From a virus, in the IMG/VR virus record IMGVR_UViG_3300006927_000001, positions 17,874 through 81,873 of that record: 64,000 bases of DNA, one strand, 5' to 3'. Position numbers and translations under genes: made by a program. The notes under the pieces were generated by a model that worked only from the letters and a program-made list of their open reading frames with translations, did not search any database and was not told the DNA's origin. This document shows positions 50,649 to 60,118 of this stretch, one piece after another (the stretch's first letter is position 1; every line of letters begins with the position of its first letter).

Positions 50649-51545
50649 ATGTCCGATGATTTTCTGAATGATTTATTTGATCTTGGATCAGATAACGATC
50701 TCAAAGACACAACACGTAAGTTTCAAAAGGCTCCATTTGGTTGGGTTGGTGGAAAAGCCAAGAGCCTCCCAACCTTGATTCCAATCTTAAAAAGCCATTT
50801 ATGTAACAAATGGATTGATGTCTTTGGAGGATCTGGTATCGTTTCTTTGAACATGCCCGATTGTCCTTTAATGGTATTCAATGATGCATATTCAGGGATC
50901 GTAGATTTTTATCGTTGCTTACAATTGGGAAGTATGACACAGGATCTTATACATCAACTTGGTAATTTACGACACCCATTATCTCGTGAAGAATGGGAGC
51001 GATGTCGTGCAACTTGGTGTGAAACAGATGATCCTGTTGAACGTGCAGCTAAATGGTATTATATGATCCGTTGCTCGGTCATTGCAAAAGGTCAATGCTT
51101 TGGACGTGCAACGAATGGTATACCACCTTTTAAGATTCCCAAATCACTTGAAGTATTTGAATCTATTCACTGGAACATTCGTCGCTTCCAACTTGAAAAT
51201 TTAGATTTCAAATTGATTCTTCGTGACTATGATAGTGAAGATGCTTTGTTCTATCTTGATCCACCATACGTAGGTACTGATCCTGGAATCTACAAAATAA
51301 AATTCAAGGAAAGTGATCTGCGGGAAATGTTGTCAATAATTGGCACAATGAAAGGCACAGTCATTTTAAGTGGGTATGATAGTCCACTTATTCATTCAAT
51401 GCACTATTGGACAGATCATACTAAATGGTCAGCAAGTGTATATGCTGAACCTCAAGCATACCATGAAGAAAATTACAAAGCTGACAAACAAAATGTCCAA
51501 ACTATTGGTATATCAGAAGAACACCTTTGGATAAAGGAAGCATAA
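50649..51545 (+). CDS. DNA adenine methyltransferase (D12/Dam class)
   Basis: GWVGGK, DVFGGSG, ND, and YLDPPY. Confidence 0.92.
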   Translation: MSDDFLNDLFDLGSDNDLKDTTRKFQKAPFGWVGGKAKSLPTLIPILKSHLCNKWIDVFGGSGIVSLNMPDCPLMVFNDAYSGIVDFYRCLQLGSMTQDLIHQLGNLRHPLSREEWERCRATWCETDDPVERAAKWYYMIRCSVIAKGQCFGRATNGIPPFKIPKSLEVFESIHWNIRRFQLENLDFKLILRDYDSEDALFYLDPPYVGTDPGIYKIKFKESDLREMLSIIGTMKGTVILSGYDSPLIHSMHYWTDHTKWSASVYAEPQAYHEENYKADKQNVQTIGISEEHLWIKEA

Positions 51546-52177
51546 TGGCTGAATCAATGCAACATCTTAACCAGCATCTTCTGTGTTCAATTGATACAGA
51601 ATTAACTGGTTTACGTCCAGGCTATCATGAAATTGTGCAAATATCTATTTGCCCTCTTAATGCAAAACTTGAACCTTCAACAGTTTATCCTGTTTTTGAT
51701 ATTTATCTCAAACCAAACTATCCTGAGCGTATCGACTCCGAAGCTCGTCGTAAATCAGGAGATGTTATTCAAAAAGCTCTTGATACTGGAATGGATCGTA
51801 TGGCTGCTGCGGATCTTTTAGAAAATTGGAATACAGAACTTCATCTTCCTGAAAAGAAACGAATTGTTCCACTTGGTTTCAACTATGCAGCTTTTGATAA
51901 ACCCCACATCCAGGAATGGATTGGTTGGGAACACTATAATGCAATGTTTGACTCCAGGATTCGAGATTTATTTGTCATAGCTTGTATGATGAATGATTTT
52001 GCAGATTTTAATGCAATGGAAATACCATTTCCTAGGTTAATGACACTGACAACCGTGGCTCGTCGTCTTGGTGTTGATGTTGATGATCTCAGAACACATG
52101 ACTCATTATACGACTGTGACATAACACGTCGTGGTTATGTAAAAACTTTAACAACTTTTTTTAATCCGGTGGTATGA
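51527..52177 (+). CDS. DEDDh 3'-5' exonuclease
   Basis: IDTELTG, FNYAAFD, and HDSLYD. Confidence 0.88.
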   Translation: MDKGSIMAESMQHLNQHLLCSIDTELTGLRPGYHEIVQISICPLNAKLEPSTVYPVFDIYLKPNYPERIDSEARRKSGDVIQKALDTGMDRMAAADLLENWNTELHLPEKKRIVPLGFNYAAFDKPHIQEWIGWEHYNAMFDSRIRDLFVIACMMNDFADFNAMEIPFPRLMTLTTVARRLGVDVDDLRTHDSLYDCDITRRGYVKTLTTFFNPVV

Positions 52178-52356
52178 TGGAACATGAAAAACCTTGGTGG
52201 GCACCAAAAATGAAGTCTATAGTGAGAGCTATACTGGCAATCATGCTCACTGGTGCAGCAATTGTGTCAACTTTTTATTCTAGCTTAGCTTCTGAAGCTT
52301 TGTACGGATTAGCTGGATCTGCGATCACATTCTATTTTACTGAAAACGGAGACTGA
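52174..52356 (+). CDS. small two-TM membrane protein (holin-like)
   Basis: Two hydrophobic segments ending in FYF. Confidence 0.45.
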   Translation: MMEHEKPWWAPKMKSIVRAILAIMLTGAAIVSTFYSSLASEALYGLAGSAITFYFTENGD

Positions 52357-52470
52357 GCATGAAATACATCTTCCACAGTCCTGTTAACTTCGGTGGCGGG
52401 GAGTCACTTGAAATCACCTATGATGGAAGTGGTGATCCTATGTACTTTGGTGACAAATAGAAAGAGCAAA

Positions 52471-53007
52471 ATGAGCATCTTAACAGGTCGCGAGATCATG
52501 CTACATGTGCAGACAGGTGCAATAGGAATTGATCCCTACAAAGAAGAAAACATTGGTCCAAATAGTTACAACTTAACACTCTCACCTGTATTGAAAGTAT
52601 ATGAAGAAGTTGTACTTGATTGCAAACACGATAACCGAATTCGTAGAATTGAAATTCCTACAGAAGGTTATATTCTGCAACCAGGAACCCTGTATCTAGG
52701 AAAGACACAAGAATTCACACGTACAGACAAACACGTCCCCATGATAGAAGGACGTTCATCCTTCGCCCGTTTGGGTATGGCCATACATGTGACTGGTGGG
52801 TTCGGAGACCTTGGATTTCAAGGTAATTGGACTTTAGAAATTATCGTGATACATCCCTTACGTGTCTATCCATACATGAAAGTATGTCAGATATTTTACC
52901 ATGAACCAATAGGTCCAACAGACATTACCTATGACGGTAAATATCAAGGTGATCGAGATGTAAGATCAAGTCAGATACATACTGAACTTAATCCTCAGGA
53001 AGAATAG
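52471..53007 (+). CDS. dcd: dCTP deaminase
   Basis: PNSYNLTL, EGRSSFARLG, GDLGFQGNWTLE, and YDGKYQ. Confidence 0.93.
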   Translation: MSILTGREIMLHVQTGAIGIDPYKEENIGPNSYNLTLSPVLKVYEEVVLDCKHDNRIRRIEIPTEGYILQPGTLYLGKTQEFTRTDKHVPMIEGRSSFARLGMAIHVTGGFGDLGFQGNWTLEIIVIHPLRVYPYMKVCQIFYHEPIGPTDITYDGKYQGDRDVRSSQIHTELNPQEE

Positions 53008-53281
53008 GAATATTAAGTTTACCTTCAATTCGAGATAAAGATTTCCGAATCGATGCAAGCTCATTCTCTAATTGTTGCACTCTTCGTTCACCTGATGTAG
53101 CATACATACTTTTTTCACGACTAGCATCTGAAAAAGACTGAGATGCTATTTTTGCAATATGTTCATCTGATATTCGAAAAGCCAAAGCTGTTCCTAGGTT
53201 ACTGATAGCTAATGCTGTCAGTAATGTCGTAATCCATTTCCACATAACTAACTCCTTATTTGAATCTTTATTGGTTGACAT
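52988..53281 (-). CDS. single-TM coiled-coil membrane protein (possibly lysis-related)
   Basis: N-terminal TM segment and C-terminal coiled coil (SLSRIEGKL), at the end of the tail operon. Confidence 0.45.
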   Translation of the reverse strand: MSTNKDSNKELVMWKWITTLLTALAISNLGTALAFRISDEHIAKIASQSFSDASREKSMYATSGERRVQQLENELASIRKSLSRIEGKLNIPILPED

Positions 53282-53824
53282 AAATATCCTTTTCTTTAAT
53301 TTTGAATTTTAAAATAATCCTTTTGGACATTCACGTTTTGCCCTAAAAAGAATTCGAATGTGATCTTCAAAGTCACATCCAATTACTTTACAACTTTTGC
53401 CTGTAAATTTCTCACAAGTTTTACAATACTTAAAACGATCTTGTATCTCAGGATATGTTAAATCTGCTGTTACAGGATTATTCCTATTAAAAGCTGTAAG
53501 CATTCGTTGTGCATAGACACCATTATCCATATTGCCTGAGTCTTTTCATATGAAACCAAGATCGACCACTAGGAAGAGTCACAGGTACAGACTCATCAGT
53601 AGCAACAGGGAATACACGTATTCTAAGAATATCACCTTTTTCAACAGCTAGTACCATACTACCTGTAAGAGTGATAACAGATGCTAAATCTTCAGCATCT
53701 GAATATTCCAAGTCACGTTTCTTCACACCGTTTACTTGGAACTCTATTCTAGCACCACTTGTAGCACCAGCAGATAAACCACAAAAAACTTGTGTGCTTG
53801 GTTTGCCTCGTGTTGTTAACGGCA

Positions 53825-55030
53825 TCACATTCCCTCTACAGTTTTGAGTTTTGCAAAACTGTTAAGTTTAGGTACAGCTTGCTTAATTGGAAGAATTTTT
53901 CCTATTCTTTGTGCTTTGTACCATTTATCAACACATTGAGAAAGAAAAGCTTCCCATTTAGCAGATGCAGCTGGAAGTGTAAATTCAGACCAAGTTACCA
54001 TTTGAGCACGATGCTGCATCGCCAGATTCTCATCTGTGGGTTCAACTGCTTGTACTAAAGCATCTGCTAAAACTTTAGGCTCAGGTCGTTGAGGAACAAT
54101 TGTGGCCAGTTGTCCAAATTGTTTTGTTAATTCGTCCATGACTGGTATGGCTGTTGTGACAACAGGACAACCAGCTAACCAAGCTTCACAAACAGCTAAT
54201 GGATGACCTTCAAAGTCTGTTGGTAAACAAAATACATCTGCCATTGCTAACAAATCACCAACATGGAATTGTGGTTTAAGAAAAGCAACACGTCCTGCTG
54301 CAAGATTAGAACAACTTTTACTAAAATTTTCCTCTAAGTACCCTGATCCAACAACTAAAAGTTTCCATTCATCTGGAAGATGTTGTAAAGCACCAAGAAG
54401 AATTTCAGGATTCTTTTCTTCAACAAGACGACCCATATAAAGAATTATTTTATCATCTTCAGTGTATCCCCAAAGTTTTCTAATTGTTGGTCCACCAAAT
54501 TTCGGAGTTACACGTCCTGGATCAACTGCATTATAAATAACAGCATTGACACTGTTTGGATGATTAAAAACTTGTCTTGCAGCGTGTGAACATGCAACTG
54601 TAAAGTCTACAGTATCAAAATTTGTGTTACAAGTCTCACGTGCATAAGTATCAGTATTTTGAGCTAATTCCACAAGTGGACGTTCAAAAGACCATAAATA
54701 CTGTGCAACATCTTTAACACACCAAGTGATTATAATGTCTGCATCAAAACAAGCAGCACGAACAGCAGATGCAAAATCACCGTGATAATGCATTCCTTCC
54801 ACACAACCTTGATTATAATCTTCCTGATGAATTGGAACCAAAGGTCCACCCATCATTTTCAAAGCCCAATCATAATTTTGGTATATATGTTGATTTCGTA
54901 CTGCAATTCCTGTGAATTCGAGATCATGAGCATAACGGCAAAGTCCTAGCATAAGAGCATCAGCACCACCGACACCAATACAAGGACAAATCCAACCAAC
55001 TTTTAGTCTTTTGATGCTGCGGGACATCAC
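53825..55030 (-). CDS. GT4 (GT-B) glycosyltransferase
   Basis: GVGGAD, IYNAVD, YMGRLVEEK, and DVFCLPTDFEGHPLAVCEAWLAGCPVV. Confidence 0.92.
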   Translation of the reverse strand: MMSRSIKRLKVGWICPCIGVGGADALMLGLCRYAHDLEFTGIAVRNQHIYQNYDWALKMMGGPLVPIHQEDYNQGCVEGMHYHGDFASAVRAACFDADIIITWCVKDVAQYLWSFERPLVELAQNTDTYARETCNTNFDTVDFTVACSHAARQVFNHPNSVNAVIYNAVDPGRVTPKFGGPTIRKLWGYTEDDKIILYMGRLVEEKNPEILLGALQHLPDEWKLLVVGSGYLEENFSKSCSNLAAGRVAFLKPQFHVGDLLAMADVFCLPTDFEGHPLAVCEAWLAGCPVVTTAIPVMDELTKQFGQLATIVPQRPEPKVLADALVQAVEPTDENLAMQHRAQMVTWSEFTLPAASAKWEAFLSQCVDKWYKAQRIGKILPIKQAVPKLNSFAKLKTVEGM

Positions 55031-56502
55031 ATCTCCTTTGGGTTACCTAAACCTTGAGACAAACTTGCACAAGTAGAAAGTGTACATTTAATTCTGGGAT
55101 CAGGATCTTCAAGTTGACCACATGGATCAAAGGGATCAGGATCTTTCCAACAACAATATGTGACGCCAGGTCTTGTAGGATTTTTATCAAATTGTGATCC
55201 TGATCCAATGAATAAACCATTTTGAAATTCTAAAGTGTAACAAGCATGAACAGGTTCTGGACAATACTGAACTTCTTCACCTGGAACGTATGTGTAACAA
55301 TAGTCATAATGATCAATGTCACAACTAAGAACTTTAAATGATCCTGTTTTTCCAGGTCTTCTCCAACCTAATTGAACACATTCACCAAAAACAGCTTGTG
55401 CATATAAGAATCCTGAAAAACTTTGAATGGTACTTACAGTCTCAGGATCTGAACCACAAGGTGGACCAGATGGAAATTTCAATTTTAAACGGCCACCAAA
55501 ACCACCTTTTGACAACCAAACATGTTCCTGTTCTGAACCAATCTTGACCCATCCCTGATGGACTTGTGTACCAATTTGGATACTATTACCAATTTTTGGT
55601 TCATCTGTCCAATAAGGCCATACATTTGGATCTTTTACTCCAACTGATAATTCGGGATACTGTTGATTCAGAATCGTGTCTTCTTTTTCACTGTACAAAG
55701 ATATATTCGCTGTACAGTCTTCTGGATCATATTGTAACCTAAATCCATTCTGTTCGTTGAACCAAATCTTTGGTGACTTGATCCATTTAGCTGCTCTTGT
55801 TGCATCCTCTAATTCTTGAAAACGCCAACAACCTGTCTGTGTATAGATAGCTGAAATAGTTTCAGCAGGATCATCTGTTGTACCAAGAGTAACACCCCAA
55901 TCTACTTCTATTAAAAATTCACCTTCTCCTGTAATTTCAACTGATCCATCCATCTTGGAGGTAAAATCTTTTCTTTCCTGTTTTTCTAAAAATAAATCAT
56001 CAACTGGCCCTTCTGTGTTAATAAAATTATAATCAACATTGAAAGGTACGGTACTGTGAATAGTTCCAAATGCTGTTAAATCCAAGAAACTTAACTCTTT
56101 GGGACGAGTACTCCCAATAATTATGTATTCACCTTGAATTGTTCCTCGTTCAATGGTTACAGGATTTCCAATCTCTAAAACCTGCCGATCAACAACTTCT
56201 GTTGTGAATGCCTGAACAACTTCACCGTCCTGCTTAAGAACATTGTAACGCCTTGGCCAAACGTCAAATTTATCAACAACTTCTATAACAACACCTGACC
56301 AAGAATCCCGTTCCACGGGTTCAGGATTTTCTATCCCTAAATCTGGAATAAAATCATCTTTGGATCTTGTTTGAAAAGATTTAGGATCAGCTAGTGGACT
56401 TGGATCATAATCGATTTCATTGAAACCTGCTAACGGATCACCAGGAGCTTGGTCATCACCGTCACCAGGGAATTGATCCCCAAAATCATTATTTCTAGGC
56501 AT
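55027..56502 (-). CDS. putative tail-associated protein
   Basis: Position downstream of the large tail protein; Cys-rich C-terminus. Confidence 0.45.
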   Translation of the reverse strand: MPRNNDFGDQFPGDGDDQAPGDPLAGFNEIDYDPSPLADPKSFQTRSKDDFIPDLGIENPEPVERDSWSGVVIEVVDKFDVWPRRYNVLKQDGEVVQAFTTEVVDRQVLEIGNPVTIERGTIQGEYIIIGSTRPKELSFLDLTAFGTIHSTVPFNVDYNFINTEGPVDDLFLEKQERKDFTSKMDGSVEITGEGEFLIEVDWGVTLGTTDDPAETISAIYTQTGCWRFQELEDATRAAKWIKSPKIWFNEQNGFRLQYDPEDCTANISLYSEKEDTILNQQYPELSVGVKDPNVWPYWTDEPKIGNSIQIGTQVHQGWVKIGSEQEHVWLSKGGFGGRLKLKFPSGPPCGSDPETVSTIQSFSGFLYAQAVFGECVQLGWRRPGKTGSFKVLSCDIDHYDYCYTYVPGEEVQYCPEPVHACYTLEFQNGLFIGSGSQFDKNPTRPGVTYCCWKDPDPFDPCGQLEDPDPRIKCTLSTCASLSQGLGNPKEM

Positions 56503-56504
56503 AA

Positions 56505-59500
56505 TTAACTTTCAGGACAATCACCAATTGTACCAGTAACAACTGATCCTGGTCCAAAACCACCAGCATTACCTTCTGTGATCTCAGCAGCTGTTGGAAA
56601 TTCATCACTTCCAAGTGCTGGCCAAAAGAATTTGTATTGATCCATCTCTCCTGCACGAATACCTGTATGTAACACGAATTCAACTAGATTAGATACTGAA
56701 TCAAAAACAGCTTCTTCTACAACACATTTCACATCTGCATTAGACACAAAAGTTGAACTAAGTTGTAGTAAAACAGTATCCAAAGTATCAACATTCAAAC
56801 GTGAATGGAAAACAGATACATGAACTTTTTTCCACGTATTTGAATATCGGATCAACCAAAAGGTTGCAGACTTTAAAACCAATTCTCTGTCTGTATAAAT
56901 ATGAAAAAATTCTTCACTTTGATGTGCACCATATTTTTTCACGTTATGACGTAAAATAACTTTGGGATCTTCTTCTCCTTGTTCTAATTCAAGATAATCA
57001 ATCTTGTATGTCGATGTAAGAACTGTTACCAGTTCTTCTGTTCTTGTGTATGCAATTTTCAAAGAGTCTAATTCAAAATCTCCTTCATCTAATGTTGTAT
57101 CTTGTGAAGGTTCCTCAGATAAGTATTTAAGGAACATTTCATCATTTATTAACAAAACACCTAAACGTGCTTCCCAAGCTGTACGACGTATTTCTTCTAG
57201 TGCATCTGGTCGTTCAAAAGTACAAAAATCCACAGGATAAAGTTCTTCTCCGCCATTTTGTAACTTTGCTTTGATCGCTGCAAAATTAGAAGCATTAACC
57301 GTTTTGTCAGTATAGGTCTCAACAATATATTGAATGTAATCAACAACACTTGGACCAACAGGTGAAATCAATGAAACATAGACAACTTCTTCCCAATTTT
57401 CACCAGGAATCAAAACTAACGAAGTTGGAAATGTTAAAGATGTTACATCAATTGAACCTAAGTTTGCACTTTCATTTTTGATATAATATCTTGAAGGTAC
57501 AGGTGCCAAAAATCGAAGACCATCTTCATTTGTTCGATAAGCACTCACAGACTTAACTGTGGATGGGAGAATATTTGCAATATAAATGTCACAATCTGGA
57601 CCGTCTTCTTCGATTCTAGATCCAGAATCAGCTTTCCAGAACATACTTTCAGGTAATTCCTCATAAGGAATACTATATCGAGTTAACCAATTTTCAGGGA
57701 TGAGACCAGAAACTTCAACAACTTCTCCAACATCTGAACCTATTATTGTATAAATATCACGAAGTCCGGGTGCTACAGCAAAAACTGTATCTCCCAGAAT
57801 ATCATTTGGAAGCAAATAGACCAATTTTGTTAAAGTTGTCAATTCATCTTTACTGACAGGACCAGTTGCTCGTAAAATTGACAAAAGCATTTCTGCTTCA
57901 GGTCTATTCCAGATATTTGGGTCATAGTCACCAGTGAAGAAACCTTCAGGGTACCAATAACCAAATGGCCCAGGATACAATGGTGTATCAACAATTTCCC
58001 GTACAATGTTAGCCAAATTCATTCCACGTGGGAAACCACCTGAACCACCTTTGTCCCATTCAACCAGTTCAAAATAAATTTTCAAACCAACTTGTTTTGT
58101 GACTTTCAGTATGTGACGATCTTTTGATCCATCTGAGTCATCAGTACCACGTTTCTTTACCAAGATCCATGTGTCTTCTAGCTGAGGAATAGATTCAGGA
58201 TCACCATTAACATCAATAGTTGCTTCTAACCAAAATAGGTTAGCACCATCGATGTCCTCAATACCTGAACAAGGATCATCATCTGGTTTCCAAGCATCTA
58301 CTGCAATGTCTTTATCATAAGCTAATGGTCCTGCTACATAACACATTACATCATCTGTATCAAATTGAACACGAAATCTAACCTTGTGTATTATGACATC
58401 AACATCTGCACCTGCACCAAAGATTTCTGCTCCATCTTTAGTTTTGACACATGTTTTCAACAACTGAGATTGTCTACAAATTTCTTTCCACACAGCTAAG
58501 TAATCTGCATGAATTTCACGCATTTTATTATACGTGTTAATTTGATTCTGAGCTGCTCTTTTCTTTTGCTCATATTCAAATTCAGCCAAACGACACATTT
58601 CTTGAAGAACTTTTTTACGTATAAAAATTGCATTTGCAGCAGCTGCCATAATTTGCAAAGCATTTTGTATTTGACGAATTTGTGTACGAATACCACGTGC
58701 TACTGCACCCGCATTCGCAAATCGTTGTGCTACTCTACGAACACGTGTTAAAAGTGCAAGTAAAGCTAAAACTGTTGGACGTATTCTATCTTCATTTATG
58801 ATTGCTTTAACATACTCATTCAAGATCCAAGACACATCAGGTGCAATTGCATTAGCACCACGCATAACGAGTATCCAAAAATGAAGCATGAAACTTTCAC
58901 GTCCATAATCAGCTTCTAAGTCTCTTAGACGTTGATACAATGTAATGTCAACACGTCCAAAAGCTTCAAGAAGAAATGCAACTTTTTTCTGTGAAACTTT
59001 CTTTGCAGGTACATGTTTCACACGTCCAATAGCTAATGGCCAAGATTGACCTTCCAAATCAGATGCAACAAAATCAAGTTGACCTTCTTCAGGTGAAAAA
59101 CCTATTTGATAAGATTCAACTTGAGATAAAATAGTGAAATCAATCGAACGAGCTTTTTCTTTCCATTCAAAAGGTGTACTAATTTGACCTTTGAACACAA
59201 CAAACTTGTCAGCATCTACTAGACCGCCATACCATTGGTAGACAGTGGCAAGTTTCTTATGTATGTCTGTTTGATCCAGTATCCTTTTAATCTCACCACT
59301 TGTATCATCAAGTGATATAGGAACTTGGGCTGTTTGTGCTTTCTGAATTGTTAAAGCAGACTCAAGATTACCAACACTAAGAATTTTACCATCAATTCCT
59401 AGAATCGCTTTATCCGCATACTGCGATACACTTCCCGCAACCCATTCTATTTCAACAATAGTAACAGGTTCAGTTGCGTACTGTTTTGCAATCTCTGTTA

Positions 59501-59525
59501 ATGCATTAGTTGTTAATGTTTTCAT
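56505..59525 (-). CDS. putative tail hub/baseplate protein
   Basis: 1006 aa; N-terminal hub-like region (VVFKGQI, WPLAIGRVKHVPA); position after the tape measure and distal tail genes. Confidence 0.6.
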   Translation of the reverse strand: MKTLTTNALTEIAKQYATEPVTIVEIEWVAGSVSQYADKAILGIDGKILSVGNLESALTIQKAQTAQVPISLDDTSGEIKRILDQTDIHKKLATVYQWYGGLVDADKFVVFKGQISTPFEWKEKARSIDFTILSQVESYQIGFSPEEGQLDFVASDLEGQSWPLAIGRVKHVPAKKVSQKKVAFLLEAFGRVDITLYQRLRDLEADYGRESFMLHFWILVMRGANAIAPDVSWILNEYVKAIINEDRIRPTVLALLALLTRVRRVAQRFANAGAVARGIRTQIRQIQNALQIMAAAANAIFIRKKVLQEMCRLAEFEYEQKKRAAQNQINTYNKMREIHADYLAVWKEICRQSQLLKTCVKTKDGAEIFGAGADVDVIIHKVRFRVQFDTDDVMCYVAGPLAYDKDIAVDAWKPDDDPCSGIEDIDGANLFWLEATIDVNGDPESIPQLEDTWILVKKRGTDDSDGSKDRHILKVTKQVGLKIYFELVEWDKGGSGGFPRGMNLANIVREIVDTPLYPGPFGYWYPEGFFTGDYDPNIWNRPEAEMLLSILRATGPVSKDELTTLTKLVYLLPNDILGDTVFAVAPGLRDIYTIIGSDVGEVVEVSGLIPENWLTRYSIPYEELPESMFWKADSGSRIEEDGPDCDIYIANILPSTVKSVSAYRTNEDGLRFLAPVPSRYYIKNESANLGSIDVTSLTFPTSLVLIPGENWEEVVYVSLISPVGPSVVDYIQYIVETYTDKTVNASNFAAIKAKLQNGGEELYPVDFCTFERPDALEEIRRTAWEARLGVLLINDEMFLKYLSEEPSQDTTLDEGDFELDSLKIAYTRTEELVTVLTSTYKIDYLELEQGEEDPKVILRHNVKKYGAHQSEEFFHIYTDRELVLKSATFWLIRYSNTWKKVHVSVFHSRLNVDTLDTVLLQLSSTFVSNADVKCVVEEAVFDSVSNLVEFVLHTGIRAGEMDQYKFFWPALGSDEFPTAAEITEGNAGGFGPGSVVTGTIGDCPES

Positions 59526-59914
59526 TCAATGATTTCAAATTCAACTAAGAGATTAACCTTTTCACGACTATCAGAAATCTGACTAATTTTATCCATACTA
59601 AGAGTCAAGGGATTTGGTTTAACATACCCTATCCAAGAATCACTACTTGATTGTTCTTCAACTTTCCAAAGATCAGCTGCATGAAGTTGAAAAAAAGCTT
59701 TGTACTCCAATGCTTTCATACGTGTAACTTGAAAATTCCAACTATGTACAGCTTTAGCTGAGTGTGAATTTTTATGTGTACGTAAATCTCCATTAAAAGC
59801 ACGTAATACTTGTAATTGAGATTGTGCCATACGTGTATCACTAAAATCAAACATAGGCAAAATAATTGCCGCAGTTGATGTAGGATACGGAGCGTATATA
59901 ACTATGAATTTCAT
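59522..59914 (-). CDS. putative distal tail-like protein
   Basis: Position in the tail module; resembles the C-terminal domain of 60119..62002. Confidence 0.45.
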   Translation of the reverse strand: MKFIVIYAPYPTSTAAIILPMFDFSDTRMAQSQLQVLRAFNGDLRTHKNSHSAKAVHSWNFQVTRMKALEYKAFFQLHAADLWKVEEQSSSDSWIGYVKPNPLTLSMDKISQISDSREKVNLLVEFEIIE

Positions 59915-60114
59915 TTATTTTCACGCTTATTTGTCCAATTAGCTATTTGTCGCTCGATAAATTTTGAACCACATAATGCAATAGCCATCCCCCCAATAAC
60001 TTTCAATTCAGTTGCATCAAATTCAGATGCATTATAATACAATAAACCCCATAAAAATAATAAAATCATACCCAAACGTACTAAATCATAAATAGGATGA
60101 TTAACATTTGACAT
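59911..60114 (-). CDS. small two-TM membrane protein
   Basis: Two hydrophobic segments. Confidence 0.5.
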   Translation of the reverse strand: MSNVNHPIYDLVRLGMILLFLWGLLYYNASEFDATELKVIGGMAIALCGSKFIERQIANWTNKRENK

Positions 60115-60118
60115 GAAA

